A stretch of DNA of 62,606 bases, counting the filler. It is 9 parts of 9 records of this genome, joined end to end, with 100 filler letters (N's around TTAATTAATTAA, not from the genome) between each part and the next. Parts side by side here need not be neighbours in the genome. Positions count along the whole stretch, not along the records: positions 18,207 to 24,253 come from SRR31147125_88664; positions 24,354 to 31,439 come from SRR31147125_88765; 7 more parts are not named here. The stretch is one strand, 5' to 3'. The translations under genes were made by a program, and so were the position numbers. Each line of letters begins with the position of its first letter. The first letter of the stretch is position 1. Of the stretch, positions 19,770-28,619 are shown piece by piece. The notes under the pieces were generated by a model that worked only from the letters and a program-made list of their open reading frames with translations, had not been told where the DNA came from and ran no database searches.

Positions 19770-20756
19770 TCATGACTTTTTCACCGGCCATATCCCTTCG
19801 GGACGATAGAGCATGATCACGAGCATCACGATTGCAAACACCAGGATGCGCGAGCTGCCTAAATCGCGAAACACCTCCGGGAACAGTACGAGAGCGAACG
19901 CACCAATGATAACACCGGGAATTTTGCCCATGCCGCCCAGCACGACGCCGAGCAGAATCAGCACCGACTGCTGGAATGTGAAGGTCTCCGGGGAGATGGC
20001 GGTCATCTTCGCAGCGAAGAAACAGCCGGCAACCCCGCCGAAAATCGCGCCGATCACGTATGCATACAACTTCACCGCGACCCGGTCGATGCCCATCGCC
20101 TCGGCCGCATCTTCATCCTCGCGCACATACTGCCAGGCCCTGCCGAGTCGCGAATGCTGGAGTCGGTAGCTCACGAAGCAGCTGAGGATCGCAAGGATCA
20201 GGAAGACATAGTAGAAGTGGGAGATCTGGCTGATTTCGAAGCCGAAGATCCACGGCTTTTCGATGCCGATCAGCCCGCTGGCACCACCGGTGATTTCCAG
20301 ATTCCGTGCGATGATGCGCACGATCTCGCCGAACCCGAGCGTCACGATGGCCAGATAGTCACTGCGCAGCCGCAGCGTCGGGCCGCCAATGATTATCCCG
20401 GCAATGCTGGAAAAGAAAACCGCAGCCGGTATGGTGAGCCAGAAGTTCACCCCGAACTCCGAGGTCAAAATGCCCGTGGTGTACGCGCCCACCGCGAAAA
20501 AAGCGGCGTAGCCGAGGTCGAGCAACCCGGCGTAGCCGACCACGATATTGAGGCCGAGGCAGAGCATCACGTAGAACCACACGGTGGTCATTACCTCGAG
20601 CACGTAGTTGTTTGATACCAGCGGCAGCAGCATCGCCACAACTGCCATTACCGACAGCACGATCAACCGGTTGCGCTGCGATTCGAGCCAGCGCAGCGGC
20701 CCGCCGCCTCTTCTTCTCGTTTCCTTCATCTCTGCGACTGTATCCGGACCGCCCAT
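19770..20756 (-). CDS. livM: Branched-chain amino acid ABC transporter permease
   Basis: GLNIVVGYAGLLDLGY, LRLRSDYLAIVTLGFGEI. Confidence 0.93.
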   Translation of the reverse strand: MGGPDTVAEMKETRRRGGGPLRWLESQRNRLIVLSVMAVVAMLLPLVSNNYVLEVMTTVWFYVMLCLGLNIVVGYAGLLDLGYAAFFAVGAYTTGILTSEFGVNFWLTIPAAVFFSSIAGIIIGGPTLRLRSDYLAIVTLGFGEIVRIIARNLEITGGASGLIGIEKPWIFGFEISQISHFYYVFLILAILSCFVSYRLQHSRLGRAWQYVREDEDAAEAMGIDRVAVKLYAYVIGAIFGGVAGCFFAAKMTAISPETFTFQQSVLILLGVVLGGMGKIPGVIIGAFALVLFPEVFRDLGSSRILVFAIVMLVIMLYRPEGIWPVKKS

Positions 20757-20757
20757 G

Positions 20758-21672
20758 CTACATCCTTTCGATCTCGGTCTTACCGAGGATGCCGGTTGGC
20801 TTGAACACCAGCAGCAGGATCAGGATGCCGAAGGAGAACACGTCCTTCCATTCGGTACCGATAAACGGGATCTGGGTGCCGTAGGACTCCAGCAGCCCGA
20901 GCAGCAGGCCTCCGAGCATCGCTCCGGGAATCGATCCGATACCGCCGATCACGGCCGCGGTGAACGCCTTGAGGCCGACCACGAACCCCATGAAGAAATG
21001 AATGGAGCCGTAGTAGGTGCCCGCCATGATGCCCGCACCCGCGGCCAGGGACGTACCGATGAAGAACGTGAGAGCGATGATCCGGTTCACGTTGATGCCC
21101 ATCAGCCGACAGGCGTCCTGATCGATCGCGATAGCGCGCATCGCCTTGCCGTACATCGTCTTGTGCACAAAGAGGTAGAGGGCAACCATCAGAATCGCGG
21201 CCGCTCCAACGAGGACCATCTGGGTATAGGTGATGAACACGTTGCCCAGCTCGAGCCCCTCGTAGCCGAGATCGGTGGAAAAGGCCAGGTATTCGCCGTC
21301 AGTAACCGCCATCACCGCGTTGGACAAAATCATCGATACGGCAAGTGCGGTAATCAGGATGGAGAGCCGGGGGGCGGACAGCATCGGCTGGTACGCGATC
21401 CGCTGGATGAGGACCCCGAGCAGGCCCACCGCGATCATCGAGAGCACCATCGAACAGAGAATGCCCACCCAGCTGTCGCCGAGAAGGCCGCTAATCGCGG
21501 AGAGAACGATAAACCCTACGAACGCGCCGATCATGTACAGGTCGCCGTGGGCGAAGTTGAGCAGCTTGATGATCCCATACACCATCGTATAGCCGAGGGC
21601 GACCAGGGCATAGAACGAGCCGAGAATCAGCCCGTTGGCAAGTTGCTGCAGAAGGATATCCTGGAGTGACAT
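20758..21672 (-). CDS. livH: Branched-chain amino acid ABC transporter permease
   Basis: YALVALGYTMVYGIIKLLNFAHGD, KAFTAAVIGGIG. Confidence 0.93.
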   Translation of the reverse strand: MSLQDILLQQLANGLILGSFYALVALGYTMVYGIIKLLNFAHGDLYMIGAFVGFIVLSAISGLLGDSWVGILCSMVLSMIAVGLLGVLIQRIAYQPMLSAPRLSILITALAVSMILSNAVMAVTDGEYLAFSTDLGYEGLELGNVFITYTQMVLVGAAAILMVALYLFVHKTMYGKAMRAIAIDQDACRLMGINVNRIIALTFFIGTSLAAGAGIMAGTYYGSIHFFMGFVVGLKAFTAAVIGGIGSIPGAMLGGLLLGLLESYGTQIPFIGTEWKDVFSFGILILLLVFKPTGILGKTEIERM

Positions 21673-21689
21673 ACAGTGAATAAATCAAT

Positions 21690-21722
21690 GGGGAAACGGA
21701 CCGGCACACGACCCGTTTCCCC
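21690..21722 (-). terminator. Intergenic hairpin after livK (stabiliser or partial terminator)
   Basis: ggggaaacgg...ccgtttcccc stem. Confidence 0.5.
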
Positions 21723-21757
21723 TGGATGTGGAGACGTTGACGACGACAGGCTCCCGC

Positions 21758-22870
21758 CTATTCGGCAAGCGCCCACTTACCGTCCTTGGCGATCAGCGTC
21801 ACGAAGTTACTGCGCGCCAGCGTGTTCTTGTCGGTAAAGGACACCGGACCGGCGATGCCGGTGAAACCGGAGGTTTCGGCAAGCGCCTTCTTGATCGCAT
21901 CCTTGTCGGTGGAGCCTGCGCGGGTAATCGCGTCCGCCATCAGCTTCATGCCGTCATAGGCCAGCGCCGCATAGGCATCGGGCTCCTGCTTGAAGGTCTC
22001 TTTGTAACTGGCATGGAAATCCTTGGCAGCCGGAAGGTAGTCGACCGTGGGGTTGGAGAAGCAGTAGACACCTTCTGCGGCCTTACCGGCAATCTCAAGC
22101 AGTTTCGGCGAGTTGGATCCATCGCCGACGGCAATCAGACCACGGTAGCCGGCCTGGCGCAGCTGCTTGATGACGAGGGCGCCGTCAGCATAGTAGGCGG
22201 TCCAGAACACCGCGTCGGGGGCCTTGGACTTGATGCGGGTAACGAGGGCCGACTGGTCCTGCTCACCCTTGTTGACAACCTCGTAGGCGACAACTTCCTT
22301 GCCCATCCCGGTCCACTTCTCGCGGGTCAGCTTCGCGAGATCCTCGGAGTAGCCGTCCCCCTGATGGATAACGGCAATCTTCTGTGCACCTTCTTTCTCG
22401 AACAGCTCGACCGCTGTGTTGACCTGGTCGAACCCGGTTGAGTTGATCTGGAACGCGTTGCCCATGTTGGCATCGATGAGCTTCGTGGAGTTGGCTGCAC
22501 AGATAACGAACGGCACATTCGCATCACCGTATATCTTCAGGGTCGGAAGGGTCGCACCGGAGCAGTATCCGCCGACCACTGCCGCGACATCTGCGGAAAC
22601 GAGTTTGGTGGCCGCAGCCGTACCCTGCTGGGGGTCACAGGCGTCGTCGCCGGTCATCGTGGTGATCTGCATGCCGAGAACGCCGCCGCCCTCGTTAATT
22701 TCCATCGCGGCAAGCTTCATTGCGTTTTCCATATCCTTGCCGGATGTTGCCTCGGAACCGGTGGTCGGAATCATGATACCAATCTTCAGGTCTGCGGCGA
22801 CGACCTGGCCGCACAGAAGCAGTCCAGCGGCAAGTCCGAAGACAGTGGATACAAGTAACGATTTTCTCAT
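21758..22870 (-). CDS. livK: Branched-chain amino acid ABC transporter substrate-binding protein
   Basis: Signal peptide; DDACDP, GGYCSGAT, AYDG motifs. Confidence 0.9.
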   Translation of the reverse strand: MRKSLLVSTVFGLAAGLLLCGQVVAADLKIGIMIPTTGSEATSGKDMENAMKLAAMEINEGGGVLGMQITTMTGDDACDPQQGTAAATKLVSADVAAVVGGYCSGATLPTLKIYGDANVPFVICAANSTKLIDANMGNAFQINSTGFDQVNTAVELFEKEGAQKIAVIHQGDGYSEDLAKLTREKWTGMGKEVVAYEVVNKGEQDQSALVTRIKSKAPDAVFWTAYYADGALVIKQLRQAGYRGLIAVGDGSNSPKLLEIAGKAAEGVYCFSNPTVDYLPAAKDFHASYKETFKQEPDAYAALAYDGMKLMADAITRAGSTDKDAIKKALAETSGFTGIAGPVSFTDKNTLARSNFVTLIAKDGKWALAE

Positions 22871-23057
22871 AGCACTCTCCTTAATTGCTTATTGGTATGG
22901 ATATCGAATCGTTTCCCGCCCCTCCAGACAACGGCGGAAAATGATGACACGGAGTCAAAAATAGAAACCAGATGGCCTGCTCTTGTCAAGAAGATCGACA
23001 TTTTATTTTCGTATCATCGTTGTTTCAGGAACAAACATCCCACCGGGCGGCGGATAT

Positions 23058-23999
23058 TCAACCGAACAATGATTCAACAAATCGATGAGGATCGATCTGC
23101 GCAACCTGGCGTGCGAAGTCCTCCATGAACCGGTAGTGATCCTGCATCTCCGGATCGGGATTTCTCACATTATACTGGCGATAGCGCCAGAACGACGTGG
23201 CCGCTGCCCCGTACTCCACAAAACGCTGCAGCACCCCGCGCTCGGCAGCTTCAAGGGGGCGAATCTCCTGGTACCCGGCAACCAGCGACGCGGTCAGGTC
23301 CAGGGAGAACCGTCCGTCGACGACGCAGCAGCCGATCGCGGCCATCCCGATGTCGAATACCAGGTAGTAATTGCACGCCTCCTCGAAATCGAGGATTGCA
23401 GACAGACGGCCATCGACAAAAAGCATGTTGTCGTAGAACAGGTCCCCGTGGATAAAGCCCCTGGGCAGACTAACCTGACGGGCGGCCTCGAGCAGCGGCC
23501 GCCGCTCCATGAGCCACGTTACATAGTCGCTGTTCCCGGACAGGTGATCCAGCTCGGAAAAAGACTCGACGCCGTAGGAGAAGTGATCCAGCAGGCCGGG
23601 ATGAGGGGGAATCGCATGCAGCCTGGCCAGCGCCGTCCCTACATCATGGACATGGTGCGTATCGAGCGGACTGACAACATCGCCGCTGATGTACTGCTTC
23701 AGGTAGACCGGTTTCCCCTCGTAATCCAGATGAGTCGATCCGTCATGGGCGTGTATCACCCGGGTGGTGGGGTAGCCGATCTCGTCGAGATAGTTCAGGA
23801 GTGCACACAACCTGCTGACTTCACTGAAATCCTTCTCATCACATACGGATAGCACGTAGATACCCGTATCGGTCACCACCTTCATGCTCGAGTTGGCCAG
23901 TCCACCGGCCAGTGGCGTGAACTCACGGAGGCTCCCCACCGGAAAGTTTCCCAGTAACTGCCTGACCAGCTCATTTGTTAAAACGGTAAACGCTGCCAT
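23058..23999 (-). CDS. thrB: Homoserine kinase type II (APH-fold)
   Basis: MAAFTVL start, GGLANS, GFIHGDLFYDN, ILDFE; directly downstream of thrC. Confidence 0.8.
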   Translation of the reverse strand: MAAFTVLTNELVRQLLGNFPVGSLREFTPLAGGLANSSMKVVTDTGIYVLSVCDEKDFSEVSRLCALLNYLDEIGYPTTRVIHAHDGSTHLDYEGKPVYLKQYISGDVVSPLDTHHVHDVGTALARLHAIPPHPGLLDHFSYGVESFSELDHLSGNSDYVTWLMERRPLLEAARQVSLPRGFIHGDLFYDNMLFVDGRLSAILDFEEACNYYLVFDIGMAAIGCCVVDGRFSLDLTASLVAGYQEIRPLEAAERGVLQRFVEYGAAATSFWRYRQYNVRNPDPEMQDHYRFMEDFARQVAQIDPHRFVESLFG

Positions 24000-24021
24000 A
24001 GACACCTTCCCTGCCAACTCT

Positions 24022-24252
24022 TCACACGTGAGCCTGGTTTGTAACATATCGTTCGATCTCGGAAATCAGCCGGTTTTCCAGCTCATCACACCGGCACTCG
24101 ATTCTGCTCGTATTCATCGATGCGGCCTCCTGTAACGATTCATGACGGCCGCTTTCGGGCACTGATACGCCCAGCGCCTGCTCCATGACCTGCGGGAACT
24201 TTGCCGGATGGGCTGTCGCCAGGCTGATAAAACGCGTGGACTGTGGAAATCG
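24022..24252 (-). CDS. thrC: Threonine synthase, C-terminal fragment (not in ORF track)
   Basis: Manual translation RFISLATAHPAKFPQVMEQALG...QAHV*; LATAHPAKF is the ThrC C-terminal motif. Confidence 0.8.
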   Translation of the reverse strand, partial: RFPQSTRFISLATAHPAKFPQVMEQALGVSVPESGRHESLQEAASMNTSRIECRCDELENRLISEIERYVTNQAHV

Positions 24253-24253
24253 C

Positions 24254-24353
24254 NNNNNNNNNNNNNNNNNNNNNNNNNNNNNNNNNNNNNNNNNNNNTTA
24301 ATTAATTAANNNNNNNNNNNNNNNNNNNNNNNNNNNNNNNNNNNNNNNNNNNN
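24254..24353. other. Artificial contig spacer
   Basis: N run plus TTAATTAATTAA. Confidence 0.99.
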
Positions 24354-24465
24354 TTAATGTGATAATAATATAACACATTATACAATATTTTGGAATATAA
24401 ATCTTTATTTATTATCATGCTCCTTAACAAAAAAAATATAATTACAAAAAAATGCTAAATATTGT

Positions 24466-24494
24466 GTATAAATAATACTAATAAAGCCAAAATA
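24466..24494 (+). promoter_or_regulatory. Possible forespore sigmaF/sigmaG promoter for spoIIR-sleB-ypeB
   Basis: GTATA-N15-GCCAAAATA loosely fits the forespore sigma consensus; AT-rich background makes this weak. Confidence 0.3.
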
Positions 24495-24581
24495 TTCACA
24501 TAAGTACTTATCTATAATATTTCGATACAAGTTAATTTTCTCTTATCGAGATGTAACATAAATAAACAAGGTGGATTTAAT

Positions 24582-25241
24582 ATGATTAATAAAAACAAGC
24601 TTAAAAGCGTTTTAAGAGTTTACGCTACATGTATACTAGCTGTTGGCATATCATTAGCAGTTATTAATATGCCAAGCTGTGTTAACGACGAAGTATATTC
24701 TAACGCAGTTAGGCTGCACGTAGTCGCAAACAGCGATAGTGACAATGACCAAAATGTGAAATACACTGTCAGAGACGAGATATTAAAAGAAATAAGCAAT
24801 AAATTAAACGCAATGTCAAGCGATGTGTCAAGCTTTAAATTTCTGCAAGAAAACAAAAAATTTATAGAAAATATAGCAGTCGATACATTAAAGGAGCACG
24901 GTTATAACTACGGCGCACAAGTTAACATAGGTATTCATACATATCCTACTAGAATGTATGATGAAGCCACTCTTCCTGCTGGTGAATACAAAAGTATAAG
25001 AGTTATGCTTGGCGAAGGTAAGGGAAAAAACTGGTGGTGTGTTGTCTATCCGCCAATGTGTTTAGGTATAGAAGAGGATGAAAATTTAGACGACATATTA
25101 ATAGATGAAGAAAATCTAACAGACGAGGAAGGTATCATAATAAAATCGTGGATACTTGAGTTTTTTAATAAAGAAACACCTCAGCCAAATGAAGCTGCTA
25201 AAAACAGATTATTAAATTGGCTAAAAAAACTAGGAGGCTAA
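24582..25241 (+). CDS. spoIIR: Stage II sporulation protein R
   Basis: RLHVVANSDS..DQ, LPAGEY, GEGKGKNWWCVVYPPMC. Confidence 0.95.
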   Translation: MINKNKLKSVLRVYATCILAVGISLAVINMPSCVNDEVYSNAVRLHVVANSDSDNDQNVKYTVRDEILKEISNKLNAMSSDVSSFKFLQENKKFIENIAVDTLKEHGYNYGAQVNIGIHTYPTRMYDEATLPAGEYKSIRVMLGEGKGKNWWCVVYPPMCLGIEEDENLDDILIDEENLTDEEGIIIKSWILEFFNKETPQPNEAAKNRLLNWLKKLGG

Positions 25242-25244
25242 CAA

Positions 25245-25907
25245 TTGAAAAAGAAGATCATATTATTTGTTTTAATAATAGCTGTTGCTTTTTCTCACGT
25301 AAGTGCATCATTAATAGCTTTAAGCAAAGGCGATATCGGAGAAGATGTAAAAAAGGTGCAAACCAGACTAAAACAATGGGGTTACTATGATGGTGCAGTA
25401 GATGGAATATACGGTTCGTCAACCGAAGAAGCCGTAAAACTATTCCAAAAAAGAAACGGACTAACAGTAGATGGTATTTGCGGCTCCAACACTGCTAAAG
25501 CGATTGGCATTACACTTTCTGTATCTGGAGTCAGCGGAACTTCATTGCCTTCTTCTAATGAAAATGTATATCTTTTAGCAAGAGCTATTTATGGAGAGGC
25601 ACGTGGTGAGCCATACACTGGTCAAGTGGCTGTAGCTGCTGTGATTTTAAATAGAGTAGCATCATCCCAGTTTCCAAATACTATTTCAGGCGTAATTTAT
25701 CAAAAGGGTGCTTTTTCTTCTGTTAATGACGGACAGATAAATTTAACACCTAATGAAACAGCAATTAAGGCGGCAAAAGATGCGTTAAACGGCTGGGATC
25801 CTTGCAATGGTGCATTGTATTTTTACAATCCTGATACATCAACAAGTCAATGGATTTTTACTCGTACTGTAGTCGCAAAAATAGGGAGGCATAATTTTGC
25901 AGTTTGA
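25245..25907 (+). CDS. sleB: Spore cortex-lytic enzyme
   Basis: PG-binding domain (VDGIYG) plus LARAIYGEARGEPYTGQVAVAAVILNRV Hydrolase_2 domain; RBS aggagg, TTG start. Confidence 0.93.
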   Translation: MKKKIILFVLIIAVAFSHVSASLIALSKGDIGEDVKKVQTRLKQWGYYDGAVDGIYGSSTEEAVKLFQKRNGLTVDGICGSNTAKAIGITLSVSGVSGTSLPSSNENVYLLARAIYGEARGEPYTGQVAVAAVILNRVASSQFPNTISGVIYQKGAFSSVNDGQINLTPNETAIKAAKDALNGWDPCNGALYFYNPDTSTSQWIFTRTVVAKIGRHNFAV

Positions 25908-27227
25908 TATTAAAAAAGTAAAAAAAAGTATAAAGGACAATACATCCACAATAATATTAGTAGTTTTGCTTATTATTGCAGCCTCTTGGGGAGGTTCACA
26001 ATATGCAAAAGCTATGGAGTATCAAAGAGCGTTAGATAATATGTATGAGCTTTCCTACTACGAGCTTGTAGGATCTCTTGAAAATATTGATGTAGATATC
26101 TCAAAGTTGGTCGTATCATCATCCCCTGGTGATTCTTTAGAGTTGCTTTCATCAATCTCGAGAAAATGCGACTTTGCAACATCATCTTTAACAACTCTTC
26201 CCCTATCCCACCCTGCTTCTATGGATACCATGCAGTATCTTAATACATTAGGAGATTACTGTAGGTCTTTAGTAAGGTCAGGTGGTGAGCATATAATGCT
26301 AAGTGCAGAAGACTATACTAATTTTAATGGTTTCAGGCAGTCATGCATTCAGCTGCGTTCAACATTAGAAGGCGTAAATTATTCATATGACATAGCTCCA
26401 AGTGATGAGTGGGATTACTATCAGATGGTCAGTGAAGACAATTATGACCCTTTCACTTTTGATCAAAACGGTGGTATAGAATATCCTTCTATCATCTATG
26501 ACGACCATTTTCAGATGCCCTAATCGGTGCAGAAGCAAAAGCATTATCCAATACTTCATGCACACAGGAAGAGGCACTGCAAATAGCTGCAGCAGGATTA
26601 AACACCAATTATGATTCTTTGTATTTGTCTGCGCTTAATTCTAAAAATATAGACGGCTATTCCTGCTCTAATGAAAATGGAGATACCTGCTTTGTATCTA
26701 ATACTGGTGATATAATCTGGATGATGAAAGATGCACAAAGTTCTGTAGAAAATCTTTCCTATGAAGACTGTGTACAAAAAGCTCAAGAGTATATTTCCTC
26801 AATGGGTATAAATGATATGGTTGATACATGGAGCCAAACATATAATGGACAATGTGTAATATCCTTTGCATACAAGCAAGATGACTGTCTTGTGTACCCT
26901 GACTTAATTAAAGTAAAAGTCAATACAGAAAACGGCGACGTTATCGGATATGATGCGTTGGGATATTTCATGAATCATACTGCAAGAGACATCCCTACTG
27001 ACATATTACCAGTAGATGAAGCTCAAAATACAGTTCTAGGTACATTAGATGTAATCAATACTGAACTTTGCTATATTCCTTCCGCTGGCGGCGGAGAAAC
27101 ATTATGCTGGGAGTTTGAATGTGCCCAGGAAGGTGAAGATTACCTAGTGTATATAAACGCACTAAACGGAATTCAAGAACGTATTTATAAAGTTGTTGAA
27201 ACAATGGACGGCGAACTAACCGTTTAA
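25897..27227 (+). CDS. ypeB: Germination protein YpeB (one apparent frameshift near 26503)
   Basis: Follows sleB; YPSIIYD(G)PFSD restored by +1 base; YPDLIKVKV, LCWEF, VYINALNG PepSY motifs. Confidence 0.85.
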
Positions 27228-27249
27228 TGTTTCTAATTACCTCCATATA

Positions 27250-27280
27250 AAGAACCTTGTTAAAAAACAGGGTTTTTTTA
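27250..27280 (+). terminator. Rho-independent terminator after ypeB
   Basis: aaccttgtt-aaaa-aacagggtt plus T run. Confidence 0.7.
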
Positions 27281-27289
27281 TGTGCAATT

Positions 27290-27529
27290 TTGCTTAACAA
27301 TTTACCTGAACCTCCTTTTTACAGTAATGATAATAAACAAGGTGCAATAACATACTTTAAAGTAAATAATTTTGATGATATGCTAGAATATACTCTTGTT
27401 ATACTAAACTTGCTTGACAAATATAATGTGCCTTACGATATACTTTATACAAACCATGTTGGGCAAATTATTTACTAGGATAAATATCAAGTAAGCGTAA
27501 TTAAAGGATGTAACACAAAAGATTTTTGA
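27290..27529 (+). pseudogene. Degenerate remnant of a small hypothetical protein with an internal TAG
   Basis: NLPEPPFY...AITYFK...LLDKYNVPY...GQIIY*DKYQVSV reads as protein-like through the TAG; no convincing start or RBS. Confidence 0.35.
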
Positions 27530-27638
27530 TATCTTAATCGAACATTGCATGTTTTTATACATATATTATATTTTTTTAATACATATATTGTATAATTAAT
27601 ATATTGTATTGTAAAAAAACTTTAGAAAGAGGTAAATT

Positions 27639-28324
27639 ATGAAGTATACTATTCAAGGTGGAAATCTTCCTGTTGCGCTTATCACACTTGAAACTGGTGA
27701 AGCACTCAATATGGAGCGTGGCGGCATGTCATGGATGACTCCGAACTTGCATATGGACACCAATATGAAAGGTGGGCTTTTAAAGGGATTGGGACGTGCT
27801 GTATCCGGCGAATCAATATTTTTAAATACTTACACTAACAATTCAGGAAATCCCGGATTAATGGCATGTGCTTCATCTTTCCCAGGCGAAATATTTGCAA
27901 AGCAATTAGCTCCAGGCGAAACACTAATAGCACAAAAAGGCTCGTTTATGTGTGCTGAATCTTCTGTTAATGTAGCAATGCATTTTAGAAAAAAAGTAGG
28001 TGTAGGCTTGTTCGGCGGCGAAGGCTTTATTATGCAAAAGTTTACAGGTCCTGGATGGGTATTTTTAGAAATAGATGGTGCGTCCATTAAATATACTTTG
28101 GAGCCAGGTCAGCAACTAGTAGTAGACCCTGGGCACTTAGTAATACAAACACCATCAGTTAATACAGAAATAACTATGGTAAAGGGACTAAAGAACATTG
28201 CATTAGGTGGCGAAGGATTATTGCTTGCTACAGTGACAGGCCTGGTGATGTATGGCTGCAAACATTGACTTTGCCTAATGTCGCAAGTGCAATATCAAGA
28301 TATATTCCAACCAGTGGCGGCTAA
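27639..28324 (+). CDS. TIGR00266/AIM24 family protein (apparent frameshift near 28240)
   Basis: SGESIF, LFGGEGFIMQK, GGEGL; alternate frame restores GPGDVWLQTL...TSGG*. Confidence 0.88.
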
Positions 28325-28360
28325 AAAAGCTGCATAAAATAGATTTGTAAGATTTTTTCC

Positions 28361-28393
28361 AGCAATGACCGCACACTAAGCGGTCTTATTGCT
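28361..28393 (+). terminator. Hairpin terminator after the AIM24-family gene
   Basis: agcaatgaccgc...gcggtcttattgct. Confidence 0.55.
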
Positions 28394-28619
28394 ATCTAAT
28401 TATTCAATATCATTATCTTTGCTATTATTCACAAAGTAAATACTGAATGTAGTTATTATTAAAGTCTATTAACTAACAAAATTTTAAAAAGCATTACAAG
28501 TCTAGGAGTCTGAAATTTCAAACAGTGAACTTATCATAAAAGCAGGTATTGAAACTCCTTTAAGCGGTAGTTTTTTTGTTATCATAATCTTTGACAATAT
28601 AATCTATTATAGCTACAGG

